This document shows positions 1 to 9,422 of a DNA stretch of 64,000 nucleotides, in pieces. The position numbers and the translations under genes are program-made. Source of the DNA: Myxococcales bacterium (GTDB lineage: Bacteria; Myxococcota_A; SURF-8); assembly GCA_003598065.1 (NCBI GenBank), contig QZKR01000057.1, positions 7,911-71,910 on the forward strand. The letters are read 5' to 3'. Each line of letters begins with the position of its first letter. The stretch's first letter is position 1. The notes under the pieces are model-generated. The model did no database searches, was not told the DNA's origin, and saw only the letters and a program-made list of their open reading frames with translations.

Positions 1-594
1 GGCGATCGTTTCGTCGAATCCGGCGTCCTGGCCGAAGCCCATCGCCTTTTCCGAGGCCGTCACGGCCTGGCCCTCGCCCGTCGCCGCGAAGGCGACTTCC
101 GCCGTCGTGCTGTCCACGGCGCGGATGGTGACGACGGCGCGCGCCGTCTGCTTGCGCGTCGCGGCGACGACGTAGGAAGAGCTTTCCGTTTTTACGCCGA
201 AGTCGGCCACGCCGCCGATCAGGAGCAGAGAGACGCCCAGCAGGCGGCCTGCCTGCGCCGCCTCTTCGTCGGAAAGCGCGCCCGACTGGCCCAGGGCCTG
301 CTCGTCGAGCACCGTTTTCAATTTGGCGCGTTCGACGACGAGAAATGCGCCGCTCTGCACCAGCCGCGTCGTGAACAGATCCGATGCGCCGGCGCCCAGG
401 CGGCCGCGGCCAAAGGCCGTCTTGTCCTCGAAATCGGCCACGGCCACTTTGAGTTTGGGGCCTTTCCATTCGACCGCCGCGGGAGGCGCGGCTTGAGCGG
501 GCGACCGGTCCTCGACCGTCGGCTTCGAGGCGCAGCCGACGAGCGTCAACACCGCCAGCGCCGCCATCAAGCTTGTCCGCACGCATCCGCGCAT
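1..594 (-). CDS. CsgG-family outer-membrane lipoprotein, N-terminal part (gene runs off the left edge)
   Basis: Not in the ORF track because no stop lies in the window. My minus-strand translation from ATG 592-594 gives MRGCVRTSLMAALAVLTLVGCASKP (lipobox LVGC), then KVAVADFEDKT..GAGASDLFTTRLVQSGAFLVVERAKLKTVLDEQALGQSG, as in CsgG/curli-transport-like proteins. Confidence 0.7.
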   Translation of the reverse strand, partial: MRGCVRTSLMAALAVLTLVGCASKPTVEDRSPAQAAPPAAVEWKGPKLKVAVADFEDKTAFGRGRLGAGASDLFTTRLVQSGAFLVVERAKLKTVLDEQALGQSGALSDEEAAQAGRLLGVSLLLIGGVADFGVKTESSSYVVAATRKQTARAVVTIRAVDSTTAEVAFAATGEGQAVTASEKAMGFGQDAGFDETIA

Positions 595-610
595 CGCCGG
601 TTTCCTCGCT

Positions 611-1210
611 TTAGGACTCCGGCAGGGAGTCCATGCAGTTGTAAACCACTTCCTCGCTCAACTGATAGTAGCTGGCCTGCACCGCGCCCAGCGTGTTGCC
701 GACCATCGACGCCGGGTTGACGTCGATCGTCGATCGGTCGGCGTAATCCTGCGCCCACCAGATCTCGCGCTCGGCTTTGCACGACCAGACGGAAAAACGC
801 GCCTCCACCTCGGCTTTGTTGTAGGCTCCGGTCACGGTCACGCCCCATTTGAGGATCGTGCCGTACAGCAGACCGTCGGCCGCGAAGGCCGCGCACAACT
901 CCTGCTGCGTCGCCGCGCCGATCATGCCCGGCTCGGTGATGCCGAATTTCTCCTTCAGAACCGTGTCGATTTCGTCCGGAGCGGCCGTTTTGTAACCCCG
1001 GTCCCCGATCCGCTCGTAGATCATTTCGCGGACGATCGGTTCGCCGCGGATGTCGGTGGTGTCGGCTTTGGGCGGCAGCACGGCGAGCGTCCGGATGGCC
1101 TGGTCGTCGTACTCGGGGGCGGTCCAGTATTTGTCGGCCAGCGGCACGACGCATGCCGCCGACATCGCCAGCCCCCCCAGCGCCGCGATCAACCGGCCCA
1201 CGCGTCGCAC
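611..1210 (-). CDS. DUF799/GNA1162-like lipoprotein
   Basis: 199-aa ORF with a signal peptide ending in Cys (GGLAMSAAC). It lies 16 nt upstream of the CsgG-like gene. The family call is from memory of DUF799 proteins that co-occur with CsgG/LPP20 genes. Confidence 0.55.
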   Translation of the reverse strand: MRRVGRLIAALGGLAMSAACVVPLADKYWTAPEYDDQAIRTLAVLPPKADTTDIRGEPIVREMIYERIGDRGYKTAAPDEIDTVLKEKFGITEPGMIGAATQQELCAAFAADGLLYGTILKWGVTVTGAYNKAEVEARFSVWSCKAEREIWWAQDYADRSTIDVNPASMVGNTLGAVQASYYQLSEEVVYNCMDSLPES

Positions 1211-1219
1211 GGGAAACTC

Positions 1220-2401
1220 CTATTTCTTCACGACGGCAAGCTTGATCTTGTTGGCCGTCACTTCGTCGATCTTGACGCCGAATCCCGGAAAGGCCTTCAA
1301 GGTCAGTTCCTTCGCCAGATTCGACGTTTTGCCGTCGAAGAAAAGATCGATCTGCGCCTTGTCCTGGCGCATCGAGCGCTCCTGCACGCCTTTGACGCCC
1401 CGGATCTCGTGGGTCAGGACGTTTTTCAAGGAGTCGAATTGCTGATAGCTCGCCAGGCCGGTCACGTCCAGCGTGATGGTGGCGACGGAGGCCATCCATT
1501 TGTCGGTGAGCTTGGTCGCGATCTCCTCGGCCAGTTTTTTCGCCGCTTTGATCAGCGCCTTGTTGCCCGCCGTGGCGGTGGAGATGTGCGCCTCGGCGGC
1601 ATGCACGGAGGCCGTCATCAGAATCTGGCCGTTGTCGGTGTTGATGGCGCGGACGGTGACGTCCGCCTGGCCGGAAACGAGCTTCGAGCCTTCCATCACC
1701 GGGCCGGCCTCGGTGGCGACGGCGGCGCCGACGATGACCACCTGGGCGTCCGTGAGGTTGGCGATCTGGCGCGCCGCGAGGTCGCTGATGCCGCCGCTCG
1801 TGACCTTGTAGGCGTCGCGCATCTCGATCTTGCCGGCCAGCACCTGCGGATCGACGAAGTTGAAGCCCTTCACGGAAAGCGCGTCGATCAGCGTATTCTC
1901 CGCCTGGCCCATGGAAATCGCGCTGGTCGTATTGCCCCACCAGTAGGAGAAGCCCGTCTGGCCGATGTTCTGCTCGGCGATCAGCAGCATCATCCGCGGG
2001 TAGTTCTTGCGCGCCAGCACCCAGTCGATCTCGTTGAGGGCGCCCTGCAATTTGGCGACGGCGACGACCGCCTCGACCTCGACTGCGACGACGTTGTCCT
2101 CGACCCTGGAGGACAATTCGCGCCAGCTTTTCACGAAGCCTTTCGACTGGGAGAGGATCTTGTCATCGACCGTGATGTAGTTCTGCACCAGGGTCGAGGA
2201 TTGAATGTAGATGCCCGCCACCTGCTCCACGGCGGCGCGCAAAGCCGCCTCGATGGCGCGGTCCTTGGCCAGGGCGCGATCGTTCTGGAAGATCACGCCT
2301 TCGCCCTTGACGATGACCGTTTTGTCCTCTTCGGCCAACGCCGTTCCGCAAAGCAGCAGCATCAACGCAACGGCCGCCAACCCCTTCATCCACGTCGCCA
2401 T
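1220..2401 (-). CDS. Periplasmic lipoprotein with LPP20/FlgT-N-like N-terminal domain
   Basis: ORF 1220-2410. AAGGAG lies 8 nt before ATG 2399-2401, so the start is placed there. Signal peptide MATWMKGLAAVALMLLLCGTALA. The segment VIVKGEGV..DRALAKDRAIEAALRAAVEQV resembles LPP20/FlgT_N. Confidence 0.6.
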   Translation of the reverse strand: MATWMKGLAAVALMLLLCGTALAEEDKTVIVKGEGVIFQNDRALAKDRAIEAALRAAVEQVAGIYIQSSTLVQNYITVDDKILSQSKGFVKSWRELSSRVEDNVVAVEVEAVVAVAKLQGALNEIDWVLARKNYPRMMLLIAEQNIGQTGFSYWWGNTTSAISMGQAENTLIDALSVKGFNFVDPQVLAGKIEMRDAYKVTSGGISDLAARQIANLTDAQVVIVGAAVATEAGPVMEGSKLVSGQADVTVRAINTDNGQILMTASVHAAEAHISTATAGNKALIKAAKKLAEEIATKLTDKWMASVATITLDVTGLASYQQFDSLKNVLTHEIRGVKGVQERSMRQDKAQIDLFFDGKTSNLAKELTLKAFPGFGVKIDEVTANKIKLAVVKK

Positions 2402-2449
2402 GCTCGGCACTCCTTTTCTATCTAAGCCTCATTCGGCGCAGCTACTGAG

Positions 2450-3289
2450 CTATTGCTTGACGATGATGACGCGGCCTTCCTTGAGAAACGGCGCCTTTTG
2501 CGCCGCCTCGCGGATTTTCGTCGCGTCGGCGTTCGACACCACGACATCCACCCCGTTCGGAGAGGATTTGGCCTGCACCACCAACGGATTGCCCGCCACT
2601 TTTTTATCGGCGGCGGCGTTCTGCGCCGTGGCCGAGTAGCTGGCCACGCCGGCGGAGCGGTTTTCCACCATCTCGGCGGCGTAAACGGTTTTACCTTCCT
2701 CGTCGAGCACGATCGGCGCGAGGACGGGGGTCAGCTTGAAGCCCTGGGCGACCACGACGAGACCCGTCGAAGGTTGATTGGCGGGTTTTTCCGCTTCGGC
2801 CGGCTTGGCGGGCTCCGCCGGGGCGGCTGGCTTTTCGGAAACTTTTGCGGTTTCGGTTTTCAGAAGAAGCTGGCCGAGTTCGCCGTCCAGCGGGATCGCC
2901 AAATCGCGCTGCACGCCGCCGTCGGAGTAGTAACGCGTTTCCTTGACGATAAAGCCGCGGATCACGCCCTCCACTTCGGCCGTCAGGCTCGGCTCGGCTT
3001 TGAGCTTGTCATCGACGGTCATCCCGGCCTTGATTTTCACGCCTTTCAGGGCTTCCAAGGCGTTGCGCAACGCGACGAGCTCGGCGGCGCGCTCCGCGCC
3101 GATCCGCGCCGAAGCGGCGTTGGGCGCGTTGAGGTTCGCCGCGCCGTCGCCGGTGAACACCATCTGTTTCGTGGTCCAGTTGATTTTGGCCGGCCCGGAT
3201 TGCTCGGTTACGTCCTGGGCGAAAGCCGTGTTTGCCGTCATCACGAGGAGTCCGAGGACGACCCCCCAAGCACCCATCCGTCGCATCAT
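2450..3289 (-). CDS. LPP20-family periplasmic lipoprotein with Pro/Ala/Glu/Lys linker
   Basis: ORF 2450-3388; GGAGGAGGG lies immediately before the ATGATG at 3284-3289. Signal peptide MMRRMGAWGVVLGLLVMTANTAFA. The segment AASARIGAERAAELVALRNALEALKG is LPP20-like. The linker is KPAAPAEPAKPAEAEKPA. Confidence 0.6.
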   Translation of the reverse strand: MMRRMGAWGVVLGLLVMTANTAFAQDVTEQSGPAKINWTTKQMVFTGDGAANLNAPNAASARIGAERAAELVALRNALEALKGVKIKAGMTVDDKLKAEPSLTAEVEGVIRGFIVKETRYYSDGGVQRDLAIPLDGELGQLLLKTETAKVSEKPAAPAEPAKPAEAEKPANQPSTGLVVVAQGFKLTPVLAPIVLDEEGKTVYAAEMVENRSAGVASYSATAQNAAADKKVAGNPLVVQAKSSPNGVDVVVSNADATKIREAAQKAPFLKEGRVIIVKQ

Positions 3290-3498
3290 CCCTCCTCCGG
3301 CGTCGCGCCTTGGCGCAACCCGCCCGTTACGATTCGGAATCGGCCTCTTTTCACCCCGTGGCGAGGCGCTGTTCCGACAAAATCTCAACTATTTCCCATA
3401 GATACCTTCTCACGGTAACACCCCGTGCATAGGCGTGTCAAGTGTTTTAGGGCCGAGCGGAAGACTGGCGGACGTCTCAAACCAATTTCCATGCCCTG

Positions 3499-3527
3499 TT
3501 GACACCTCCCGAAATCGCGCATATGAT
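3499..3527 (+). promoter_or_regulatory. Sigma70-type promoter TTGACA-17-TATGAT
   Basis: TTGACA at 3499-3504, a 17-nt spacer, and TATGAT at 3522-3527. It sits about 50 nt upstream of ATG 3576. Confidence 0.55.
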
Positions 3528-3575
3528 GGAAATCCATGACGATTCCAAGGCCACAAGCGATGTGAGGTGTGGGTA

Positions 3576-5666
3576 ATGCGTATCACACGAACCCTCGGAT
3601 GGGGGATGTCGGGCGTCCTCGCCCTGACGTTTTGGGCAATGGTGATCGGCGCGTGCGACTCGGGCGGCTCGGCCGGCCCGGCGGGCGATTCCGACGCCGT
3701 CGATCGGGACCAGATCATCTGCGACACCAGCGCCGATTGCCCGATCGGCAAGTTCTGTTCGCCCGAGAAGGTCTGCATCGATCAATACGTCCCCGACGGC
3801 GACGACGAGGCCGCCGACGAGACGCCGCCCGCCCCGACGCGCATTTTCCGCGTCGTCCCGGAGGCGCAGCTCGATTTCGGCGACGTGCAGTCGATCACCA
3901 AGCCGGAGGCGGACGTCGCCATCTACAACGACGGCAACAGCGTGATGCACCTTTACGACATCAACAAGCTGGAGCCGCAGGTTGACAACCCGTTCGTCAT
4001 CGTCGATTACATGGAAGCTTCGATCCAACCCGGCGCGTCGTTCGCCTTCAAAATCCGCATGGAGCCGCGGGGCCTGGGCGAAGCGATCGGCCGCATCCGC
4101 ATCAACAACGATTCCGACAATGCGCCGCAGGCCGAACTGGAATTGCGCGCCAACGTGATTCCCGAACAGGGCGAGGCCGAGATCGGCTCCGATCCCAGCG
4201 CCGAACTGGGCGTGACGTTCGACGACACGGCGCTCGGCACGCGCATGGCGCGAAAATTTCTGCGCCTCGGCAACACCGGCCCGGAGTCCAGCCAGATCGT
4301 CCTCACCAGCGCCTATCTGGAAGGGCAGGGGCTTGCGCCCTTCACCGTCGAATATCGGCAGTCGGAGACGGTGATTCCGATCACGCCCGACACGCCGCAA
4401 ATCATCGCCGGGGGGCAGAGCATTCCCTTGACGATCTTCTTCATGCCCAACGCCTCCGGCGACTACGAGGACAAGGTCGTCTGCGAGTTTCACACCGATT
4501 CGAGCGAGCAGACCGAAACCTACATGGTCCCCGTGCGCGCCACGGCCATTGCGGGGCCGGTGGTCATGCTGCCGACGGTCCTGGATTTCGGAGCGGTGGC
4601 GGTTTCGACGACCGCCGTTCAGGACGTCAAGCTCATCAACAACACCGACGACGCGACGATCGACATCCGCCCCCTGCGCCTGTACGGCCTGACCAACTGG
4701 CTCAGCTTCTACAGTTTCAGCGAGAACGCCGGCGGCTCGATATCGCTTGCGCCGCGCGAATACATCGAATTCCAGGTTACTTTCAAGCCGGCGGCGGTGA
4801 CGGACTACTCGGCCGAGTTGCAGGTCGAGTCGAATTACCAGGGCATGACCTTCTTCTTCCCCATTGTCGCCCAGGGCGGCGAGGCCAACCAGAAGCCGGT
4901 GGCGCGCATTGCCCAGACCTCGCACGGCGCCGACATCAATGCGCCCTTGACCGTCAACGTCGGCGCCATCCAGGAGTTCTTCGGCGATATCAGCCACGAT
5001 CCAGACGGCAATTCGGCCAACCTTGAGTACCTGTGGTCGCTGAACAAGCCCGCCGGATCGACGGCGAGCCTGATTCCGCACGACGAGGCGCCCATCGTCT
5101 CCGTCCGTTTCGACGTCGCGGGCAACTACATCCTCACACTCCTTGTTACGGACGAACTGGGGCTGCAAAGCTCCCCGAAAAACGTGCAGGTGCTGGCCGT
5201 GGCCGGATCGTCGATCTTCCGCATCGAAATGCAGTTTACGGGCCTGACCGGCGCGAGCGACATGGATCTCACCTGGATTCTGCCCAACGGCACCATGTGC
5301 AACGAGTCGCTGGCCAACGCGGCGGGGTCGTGCCTCGCCCCGGCCGGGGCGGGCTCCTTGCAGATTTCCGCCTGCGGCTCGGCCTCGCAGTGCACGACGG
5401 AAATCATCACCCACGCCAACGCCCCGGACGTCGGCAACTACGAGGTGCAGGTGCGTTTCGACCAGGACTGCAACGACCCCGCGCCCCTGCTTCCCGACTG
5501 CAACCTGGGCTTCAACCGCGAGGAAGCGGACGCCAACCTCTATTTTTACGTGGACGACGTGCTGACCTACCAGATCACCGGCGAACACTTCGACGCGGCC
5601 GGCGACATGCGCGCCTGGACCTTGCGCCGCGTCGGCGGCCTATGGCAGCCGCCGGCGCCGAAGTAA
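3576..5666 (+). CDS. Large surface lipoprotein with repeated Ig-like (ASH/choice-of-anchor-D-like) and PKD-like domains
   Basis: ORF 3567-5666 (GTG). ATG 3576 is preceded by GAGGTG. Lipobox VIGAC. Repeated segments 'LDFG.V......V.I.N.G' are present, and the PKD-like stretch is FFGDISHDPDGNSANLEYLWSL. The C-terminal domain is shared with ORF 61984-64000. Confidence 0.75.
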   Translation: MRITRTLGWGMSGVLALTFWAMVIGACDSGGSAGPAGDSDAVDRDQIICDTSADCPIGKFCSPEKVCIDQYVPDGDDEAADETPPAPTRIFRVVPEAQLDFGDVQSITKPEADVAIYNDGNSVMHLYDINKLEPQVDNPFVIVDYMEASIQPGASFAFKIRMEPRGLGEAIGRIRINNDSDNAPQAELELRANVIPEQGEAEIGSDPSAELGVTFDDTALGTRMARKFLRLGNTGPESSQIVLTSAYLEGQGLAPFTVEYRQSETVIPITPDTPQIIAGGQSIPLTIFFMPNASGDYEDKVVCEFHTDSSEQTETYMVPVRATAIAGPVVMLPTVLDFGAVAVSTTAVQDVKLINNTDDATIDIRPLRLYGLTNWLSFYSFSENAGGSISLAPREYIEFQVTFKPAAVTDYSAELQVESNYQGMTFFFPIVAQGGEANQKPVARIAQTSHGADINAPLTVNVGAIQEFFGDISHDPDGNSANLEYLWSLNKPAGSTASLIPHDEAPIVSVRFDVAGNYILTLLVTDELGLQSSPKNVQVLAVAGSSIFRIEMQFTGLTGASDMDLTWILPNGTMCNESLANAAGSCLAPAGAGSLQISACGSASQCTTEIITHANAPDVGNYEVQVRFDQDCNDPAPLLPDCNLGFNREEADANLYFYVDDVLTYQITGEHFDAAGDMRAWTLRRVGGLWQPPAPK

Positions 5667-5670
5667 GCCG

Positions 5671-6759
5671 ATGCGCGGTCGGACGCCGGACGAAGACAAG
5701 CCGGTCGTCGTCATCCTGGCGGGCGGCTCGGGGACCCGTTTCTGGCCGCTGTCCACCAGCGAACGGCCGAAACAGTTCCTCTCGCTTTACGGCGACAAAT
5801 CGCTTCTGCAGCAGGCCTGGGAGCGCGCCCGGGCGCTGACGGCCCCCGAAAACGTGCTGGTCGTCACCGGCCGGCGTTTCGCGCCGCAGGTCGCCGAACA
5901 GCTTCCCGATCTGCCGAGCGCCAATCTCATCGGCGAGCCCGTGGCCCGCGATACGGCGGGCGCCATCGCGCTCGCCGTCGTCGTCGCGCGGGTGCGGCTG
6001 GGCAACCCGCTGATGGCCGTGATCACGGCCGATCACCTGATCCAGCCGGTGGAGCGCTTTGCGCAGACGATGCGCTCGGCTCTGGCCGGCGCGTCGTCGT
6101 CGGAGGCTTTATACGCCTTCGGCGTCTCGCCGACATACCCCGCCACGGCTTATGGCTACTTGGAGGCCGGCGAGTCCGCCGGCGAGGCGGAAGGGGCGCC
6201 GCATTTCAGCCTCCTGCGTTTCAAGGAAAAGCCGGACAAGGCGACCGCCGAGAGCTTTATCGCCGCCAAACGCTTCTTCTGGAACAGCGGCATGTACGTC
6301 TGGCGGACCTCGGTCATGGCCGACGCCATCGGCCGCTTTCTGCCCGAGCACGCGTCGCTTCTTTTCCCGCTCGCCGCGCATGTGGGCCGGCCGGAATGGG
6401 AGCGCGAACTCGACGCGGCGTTTCCGGCCCTGCCGCGGATCTCCATCGACTACGGCGTGATGGAGAAAGCGGACAACGTGCGGATGGCCCGCGCCGATTT
6501 CGAATGGTCGGACGTCGGCGGCTGGCTGGCCGTGGAGACGTTCTATCCCACGGACGGCCGGCGCAACGCGAGGCGCGGCGACCTGCACGCCCTCGACGCG
6601 GAAGGCAACTTCGTTTTCGCCGAGGACGAGCGGGAGATCGTGGCGCTGATCGGCGTGCGGGATCTGATCGTCGTCCGCTCGGGACGCCGCACGCTCGTCG
6701 CCCGCCGCGAGGACGCCGAAAAAATCAAAATACTCGTCGAGCGCGACAAACTGAGCTGA
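5671..6759 (+). CDS. Mannose-1-phosphate guanylyltransferase-type sugar nucleotidyltransferase
   Basis: 362-aa ORF. The N-terminal VVILAGGSGTRFWPLS..RPKQFL nucleotidyltransferase signature is present. The start lies 5 nt after the previous stop. Confidence 0.8.
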   Translation: MRGRTPDEDKPVVVILAGGSGTRFWPLSTSERPKQFLSLYGDKSLLQQAWERARALTAPENVLVVTGRRFAPQVAEQLPDLPSANLIGEPVARDTAGAIALAVVVARVRLGNPLMAVITADHLIQPVERFAQTMRSALAGASSSEALYAFGVSPTYPATAYGYLEAGESAGEAEGAPHFSLLRFKEKPDKATAESFIAAKRFFWNSGMYVWRTSVMADAIGRFLPEHASLLFPLAAHVGRPEWERELDAAFPALPRISIDYGVMEKADNVRMARADFEWSDVGGWLAVETFYPTDGRRNARRGDLHALDAEGNFVFAEDEREIVALIGVRDLIVVRSGRRTLVARREDAEKIKILVERDKLS

Positions 6760-6772
6760 GCAACGCCGTTGT

Positions 6773-6810
6773 AAACGAAAACGCCGCGGGAGACCGCGGC
6801 GTTTTCGTTT
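6773..6810. terminator. Bidirectional intrinsic terminator
   Basis: Perfect 17-bp stem AAACGAAAACGCCGCGG-GAGA-CCGCGGCGTTTTCGTTT between a convergent gene pair. A GC core followed by a T tract reads the same on both strands. Confidence 0.8.
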
Positions 6811-6827
6811 CGGCGTCGGCGCTCGTT

Positions 6828-8087
6828 TCAGCTTTGGCCTTTCTTGGCTTGCATCTCGCGGCGGCGGAACGAGGGGATCTCGATCTGCTCCTCGATCATG
6901 TCGGCCTCGATGAGCGAAGTCCGCGTGTAGGGGATCGAGATCACCTTCTTCTCGCGCGGCACGGTTTCGCGCGCCGGCGGTTCGCGCGGCGCCTCCATGC
7001 CGGGGCGGACCGCCTCGCGCTCGCGGCCCTGGCGCACCCAGGCGGGCACGTCGAGGTTTTCCTGGAAGGAGCGCCGGCGGCGGATGCGTTCGTCCTGCTC
7101 GGCGTGGTCCGACTGGTCCAGCCCCGTGGCGATGACCGTCACCTTGATCGCGTCCTTCATCGTCTCGTCCAGCACGTAGCCGAAGATGAACGTGGCGTTC
7201 GGGTCGGCCGAGTCCTGGATGTAGCCCACCGCCTTGTCGAGTTCGCCCATCGACATGTTGGTCGGGCCGGTGATGTTGACGAGCACGCCTTTCGCGCCGG
7301 CGATGTTGAGGCTGTCCAGAAGCGGCGAGGCGATCGCCTTCTTGGCGGCTTCCAGCGCGCGGTCCTCGCCGGACGCCTCGCCCGTGCTCATGATCGCCAT
7401 TCCCGAATTCTCCATGATCGCCTGGACGTCGGCGAAATCGACGTTGACGTAGCCGGCGGTGGTGATCAGGTCGGAGATGCCGCGCACGGCGTTGACCAGA
7501 ACCTCGTCGGCGCGCTTGAAGGCGTCCATGATCGTCAGGTCGGCCTCTTCCAGCTCCATCAGCTTCTGGTTGGGAATGACGATCAGCGTATTGACCGAAT
7601 CCTTCATCGCCTCGATGCCCTGCTGGGCGATCTGGTCGCGTTTGCGGCCTTCGAAACGGAAGGGGCGCGTCACGATGCCGACCGTGAGGATGCCCATGTC
7701 CGTCGCTTTGCGGGCGATCACCGGCGCCGCGCCCGTGCCGGTGCCGCCGCCCATGCCGGCGGTGATGAACAGCATATCCACGCCGCGGATCAGTTCCTCG
7801 ACGGCCGTCAGCGATTCCTCGGCGCTCTTGTGGCCGGCGGCCGGGTTGCCGCCCGCGCCGCGCCCCTTCGTCGTCATCTCGCCCAGCTGAAGCTGGATCG
7901 CCACCTTGCTGTGTTCGAGCGCTTGCAGGTCGGTGTTGCAGACGACCAGCGTGACGTTTTCCACGTTGCGTTCGATCATCGTGCCCACCGCGTTCGAGCC
8001 CGCGCCGCCGACGCCCATGACAGCGAGGCGGGCCGCTTTGTAGGTTGACGAATCGAAGTCGAATTTGAGTTTGCCCTGGTCCTTCAT
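6828..8087 (-). CDS. ftsZ: Cell division protein FtsZ
   Basis: 419 aa. Tubulin signature GGGTGTGAAPVIA and C-terminal peptide IEIPSFRRR. Confidence 0.97.
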   Translation of the reverse strand: MKDQGKLKFDFDSSTYKAARLAVMGVGGAGSNAVGTMIERNVENVTLVVCNTDLQALEHSKVAIQLQLGEMTTKGRGAGGNPAAGHKSAEESLTAVEELIRGVDMLFITAGMGGGTGTGAAPVIARKATDMGILTVGIVTRPFRFEGRKRDQIAQQGIEAMKDSVNTLIVIPNQKLMELEEADLTIMDAFKRADEVLVNAVRGISDLITTAGYVNVDFADVQAIMENSGMAIMSTGEASGEDRALEAAKKAIASPLLDSLNIAGAKGVLVNITGPTNMSMGELDKAVGYIQDSADPNATFIFGYVLDETMKDAIKVTVIATGLDQSDHAEQDERIRRRRSFQENLDVPAWVRQGREREAVRPGMEAPREPPARETVPREKKVISIPYTRTSLIEADMIEEQIEIPSFRRREMQAKKGQS

Positions 8088-8196
8088 CCTGGTGCCTCCC
8101 GTAAGCCCTTTCTTAAGGGGTTCTATCGGTTATCTCGGTTTTCAGAGTTCCCTGTTCCCTTCCCTAAAAAAAAGCGTTTGTATATTTTAGTATATT

Positions 8197-9420
8197 CTAC
8201 ACAAAATCGTTAAGGAAAATTTTCACCTTGTCCATCATCCGCTTGTACAGCGGGCGGTGGGCTTCGGAGAACGCCGGGCTGTGTTTGGCGGCGTAGTGCA
8301 GAAGCCCCACGCCCGTCGCATGGATCGGGTTGCGCAGGAGATCCACGAGCCCCGCCACGCCGTTGGGGACGGCGACGCGCACCGGCACGTCCATCAATTC
8401 CTCGGCCAGCTTTCCCACGCCCGGCAGGTTGGCCACGCCGCCGGTCAGGACCACGCCCGCGCCGAGCAGGTCTTCCAGGCCGGTCTTGCGGATTTCCTTG
8501 TGGATGAGGGTGAAGATTTCCTCGGCGCGCGCCTCGATGATGTCGCAGAGCACCTGGCGCGAAATCACCTTCGGATCGCCGCTGCCCACCTTGGGAACGT
8601 CGATCATCTCGCCTTTGTCCACCATGCAGGCCATGGCGCAGCCGTGATCGCGCTTGATCTTCTCCGCCGAGGCCATGGGCGTGGAGAGCCCGATGGCGAT
8701 GTCGTGGGTGATGAACTCGCCGCCCATGGGCAGAACGGACGTATGCACGACGCTGCCCTTGAGGTAGATGATGAGGTCTGCCGTGCCGCCGCCGACGTCC
8801 ACCAGCGCCACGCCCAGGTCGCGCTCGTCGTCGGTGAGCACGGCGAGCGAGGAGGCGAGCGGCTCCAACACGATGTCGGCCACGGCCAGGCCGGCTTTAT
8901 TGCAGCAGCGGACGATGTTCTGCGCGGCGGAAATGGCACTGGTGACGATGTGCACCTTCGCCTCCAGCCGGATGCCGCTCATGCCGAGGGGCACCTTGAT
9001 GCCGTCCTGACTGTCGATCAGGTATTCCTGGACGATGGCGTGCAGCACCTGCCGATCGATGGGGATCGCCACCGCCTTGGCCTGTTCGAGCACGCGATCG
9101 ACGTCTACGCGCGTGATCTCCTTGCCCTTGACGGCCACGATGCCGTGGCTGTTGAAGCCGCGGATGTGGTGGCCGGCGATGCCGGCGAACACGCTCTGCA
9201 CCTGGATGCCGGCCATCAGTTCCGCCTCGGCCACCGCCTTCTGGATCGCCTCGACGGTGGATTCGATCTCGGTGATGACGCCTTTCTGCATCCCTTTCGA
9301 GGGGTGCGTGCCCAGTCCGATCACCTCGATCTTGCCGTCGTCCTTCACCTCGCCCACCAGCGTCGCCACCTTGGTGGTGCCGATGTCGAGACCCACGATG
9401 ATGTCGCCTCGTCGAGCCAT
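8197..9420 (-). CDS. ftsA: Cell division protein FtsA
   Basis: ORF 8197-9588 trimmed to ATG 9418-9420, which is preceded by GGAGGTGAGC. It begins MARRGDIIVGLDIGTTKVATLVG (actin-like ATPase) and ends in an amphipathic C-terminus, KVKIFLNDFV. Confidence 0.93.
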   Translation of the reverse strand: MARRGDIIVGLDIGTTKVATLVGEVKDDGKIEVIGLGTHPSKGMQKGVITEIESTVEAIQKAVAEAELMAGIQVQSVFAGIAGHHIRGFNSHGIVAVKGKEITRVDVDRVLEQAKAVAIPIDRQVLHAIVQEYLIDSQDGIKVPLGMSGIRLEAKVHIVTSAISAAQNIVRCCNKAGLAVADIVLEPLASSLAVLTDDERDLGVALVDVGGGTADLIIYLKGSVVHTSVLPMGGEFITHDIAIGLSTPMASAEKIKRDHGCAMACMVDKGEMIDVPKVGSGDPKVISRQVLCDIIEARAEEIFTLIHKEIRKTGLEDLLGAGVVLTGGVANLPGVGKLAEELMDVPVRVAVPNGVAGLVDLLRNPIHATGVGLLHYAAKHSPAFSEAHRPLYKRMMDKVKIFLNDFV

Positions 9421-9422
9421 GC

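Noticed and set aside
3477-5588. 703-aa minus-strand ORF covering the same DNA as the 3576-5666 gene
   Set aside because: The Arg/Gly/Ala/Asp-rich translation has no recognisable motifs and is the mirror image of a clearly coding plus-strand gene. This is a typical antisense open frame in high-GC DNA.
8161-8200. Terminator or promoter between ftsA and ftsZ (A8 run, TAGAAT/TATACT boxes overlapping the ftsA stop)
   Set aside because: No GC-rich stem precedes the minus-strand T8, and no acceptable -35 lies at 16-18 nt. An internal ftsZ promoter is plausible but cannot be supported from sequence alone.
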